Shown here in pieces: positions 37,170-37,454 of a stretch of 37,454 nt of DNA. This DNA comes from Silvanigrellaceae bacterium (lineage in GTDB: Bacteria; Bdellovibrionota_B; Oligoflexia; Silvanigrellales; Silvanigrellaceae). Numbering within the stretch: position 1 is the first letter of the stretch; each line of letters starts with the position of its first letter. The notes beneath the pieces were generated by a model, which worked only from the letters and a program-made list of their open reading frames with translations, did not search any database and was not told where the DNA came from. The translations under genes were made by a program, and so were the position numbers. The DNA lies in contig JBMSQQ010000026.1 in NCBI GenBank assembly GCA_049423385.1, forward strand, positions 1 to 37,454. The letters run 5' to 3'.

Positions 37170-37196
37170 TCATCGGATCATAAACGAAAAAATAAA
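37170..37196 (-). promoter_or_regulatory. Sigma-28 (FliA)-type promoter
   Basis: TTTA-N15-TCCGATGA, about 45 nt upstream of ATG 37126. Weak -35. Confidence 0.35.
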
Positions 37197-37324
37197 ACGA
37201 AACTTTTATAATTATATTTAATACAGTTAAAACAGTCATTTGAAGTCAATTAGAAAGTGTTATTCTAATGACAATTCGTAATTTTCTTTAAATCCAACCC
37301 CGCGACCCACTCACGTATTTGGGC

Positions 37325-37360
37325 AAAAAAAAGAAGGCTGGTCACTCCCTGTGACCAGCC
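37325..37360 (-). terminator. Rho-independent terminator for a transcript coming from the right end of the window
   Basis: Minus strand reads GGCTGGTCAC-AGGGA-GTGACCAGCC-TTCTTTTTTTT. Confidence 0.85.
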
Positions 37361-37454
37361 AATTTCCTTCGATTCAGAACCTGACCCTCAAGTGCTTTTT
37401 CAGGGGGGGGGGGAGATTGCACCAAGAGTGCTTCACGAACCCAGGATTCGTAGA

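Overview
37.5 kb of bacterial chromosome with about 33 CDS and one tRNA-Pro(UGG). I found no integrase, transposase, reverse transcriptase or CRISPR array. A TIGR02147 protein, about 12 lipobox-bearing secreted proteins, chymotrypsin-fold proteases and an FGE/CLec-domain lipoprotein suggest Bdellovibrionota (Oligoflexia-like); this is an inference. Housekeeping and metabolic genes include recD2, asnB, ctaA, an RRM protein, a USP, a CoA-transferase and an SDR. Four highlights. (1) A translationally coupled operon at 24613-31832 resembles the oxidative sulfoquinovose (sulfo-SMO) pathway: SmoC-like monooxygenase, SmoB-like reductase, ABC binding protein and two permeases. Its GH31 is YicI/alpha-xylosidase-type with an Arg-rich active-site loop rather than a canonical YihQ/SmoI sulfoquinovosidase, so it may be a new SQase lineage. 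The locus has no flavin reductase, ATPase or regulator. (2) About 10 sigma-28/FliA-type promoters sit mostly in front of secreted or uncharacterised genes. (3) An FGE/CLec lipoprotein gene is bracketed by a relic copy of its own 3' end. (4) A chymotrypsin-fold protease carries very large insertions. All family assignments come from motif recognition by eye, not database searches. Several start codons were moved from the ORF track using RBS or signal-peptide evidence.
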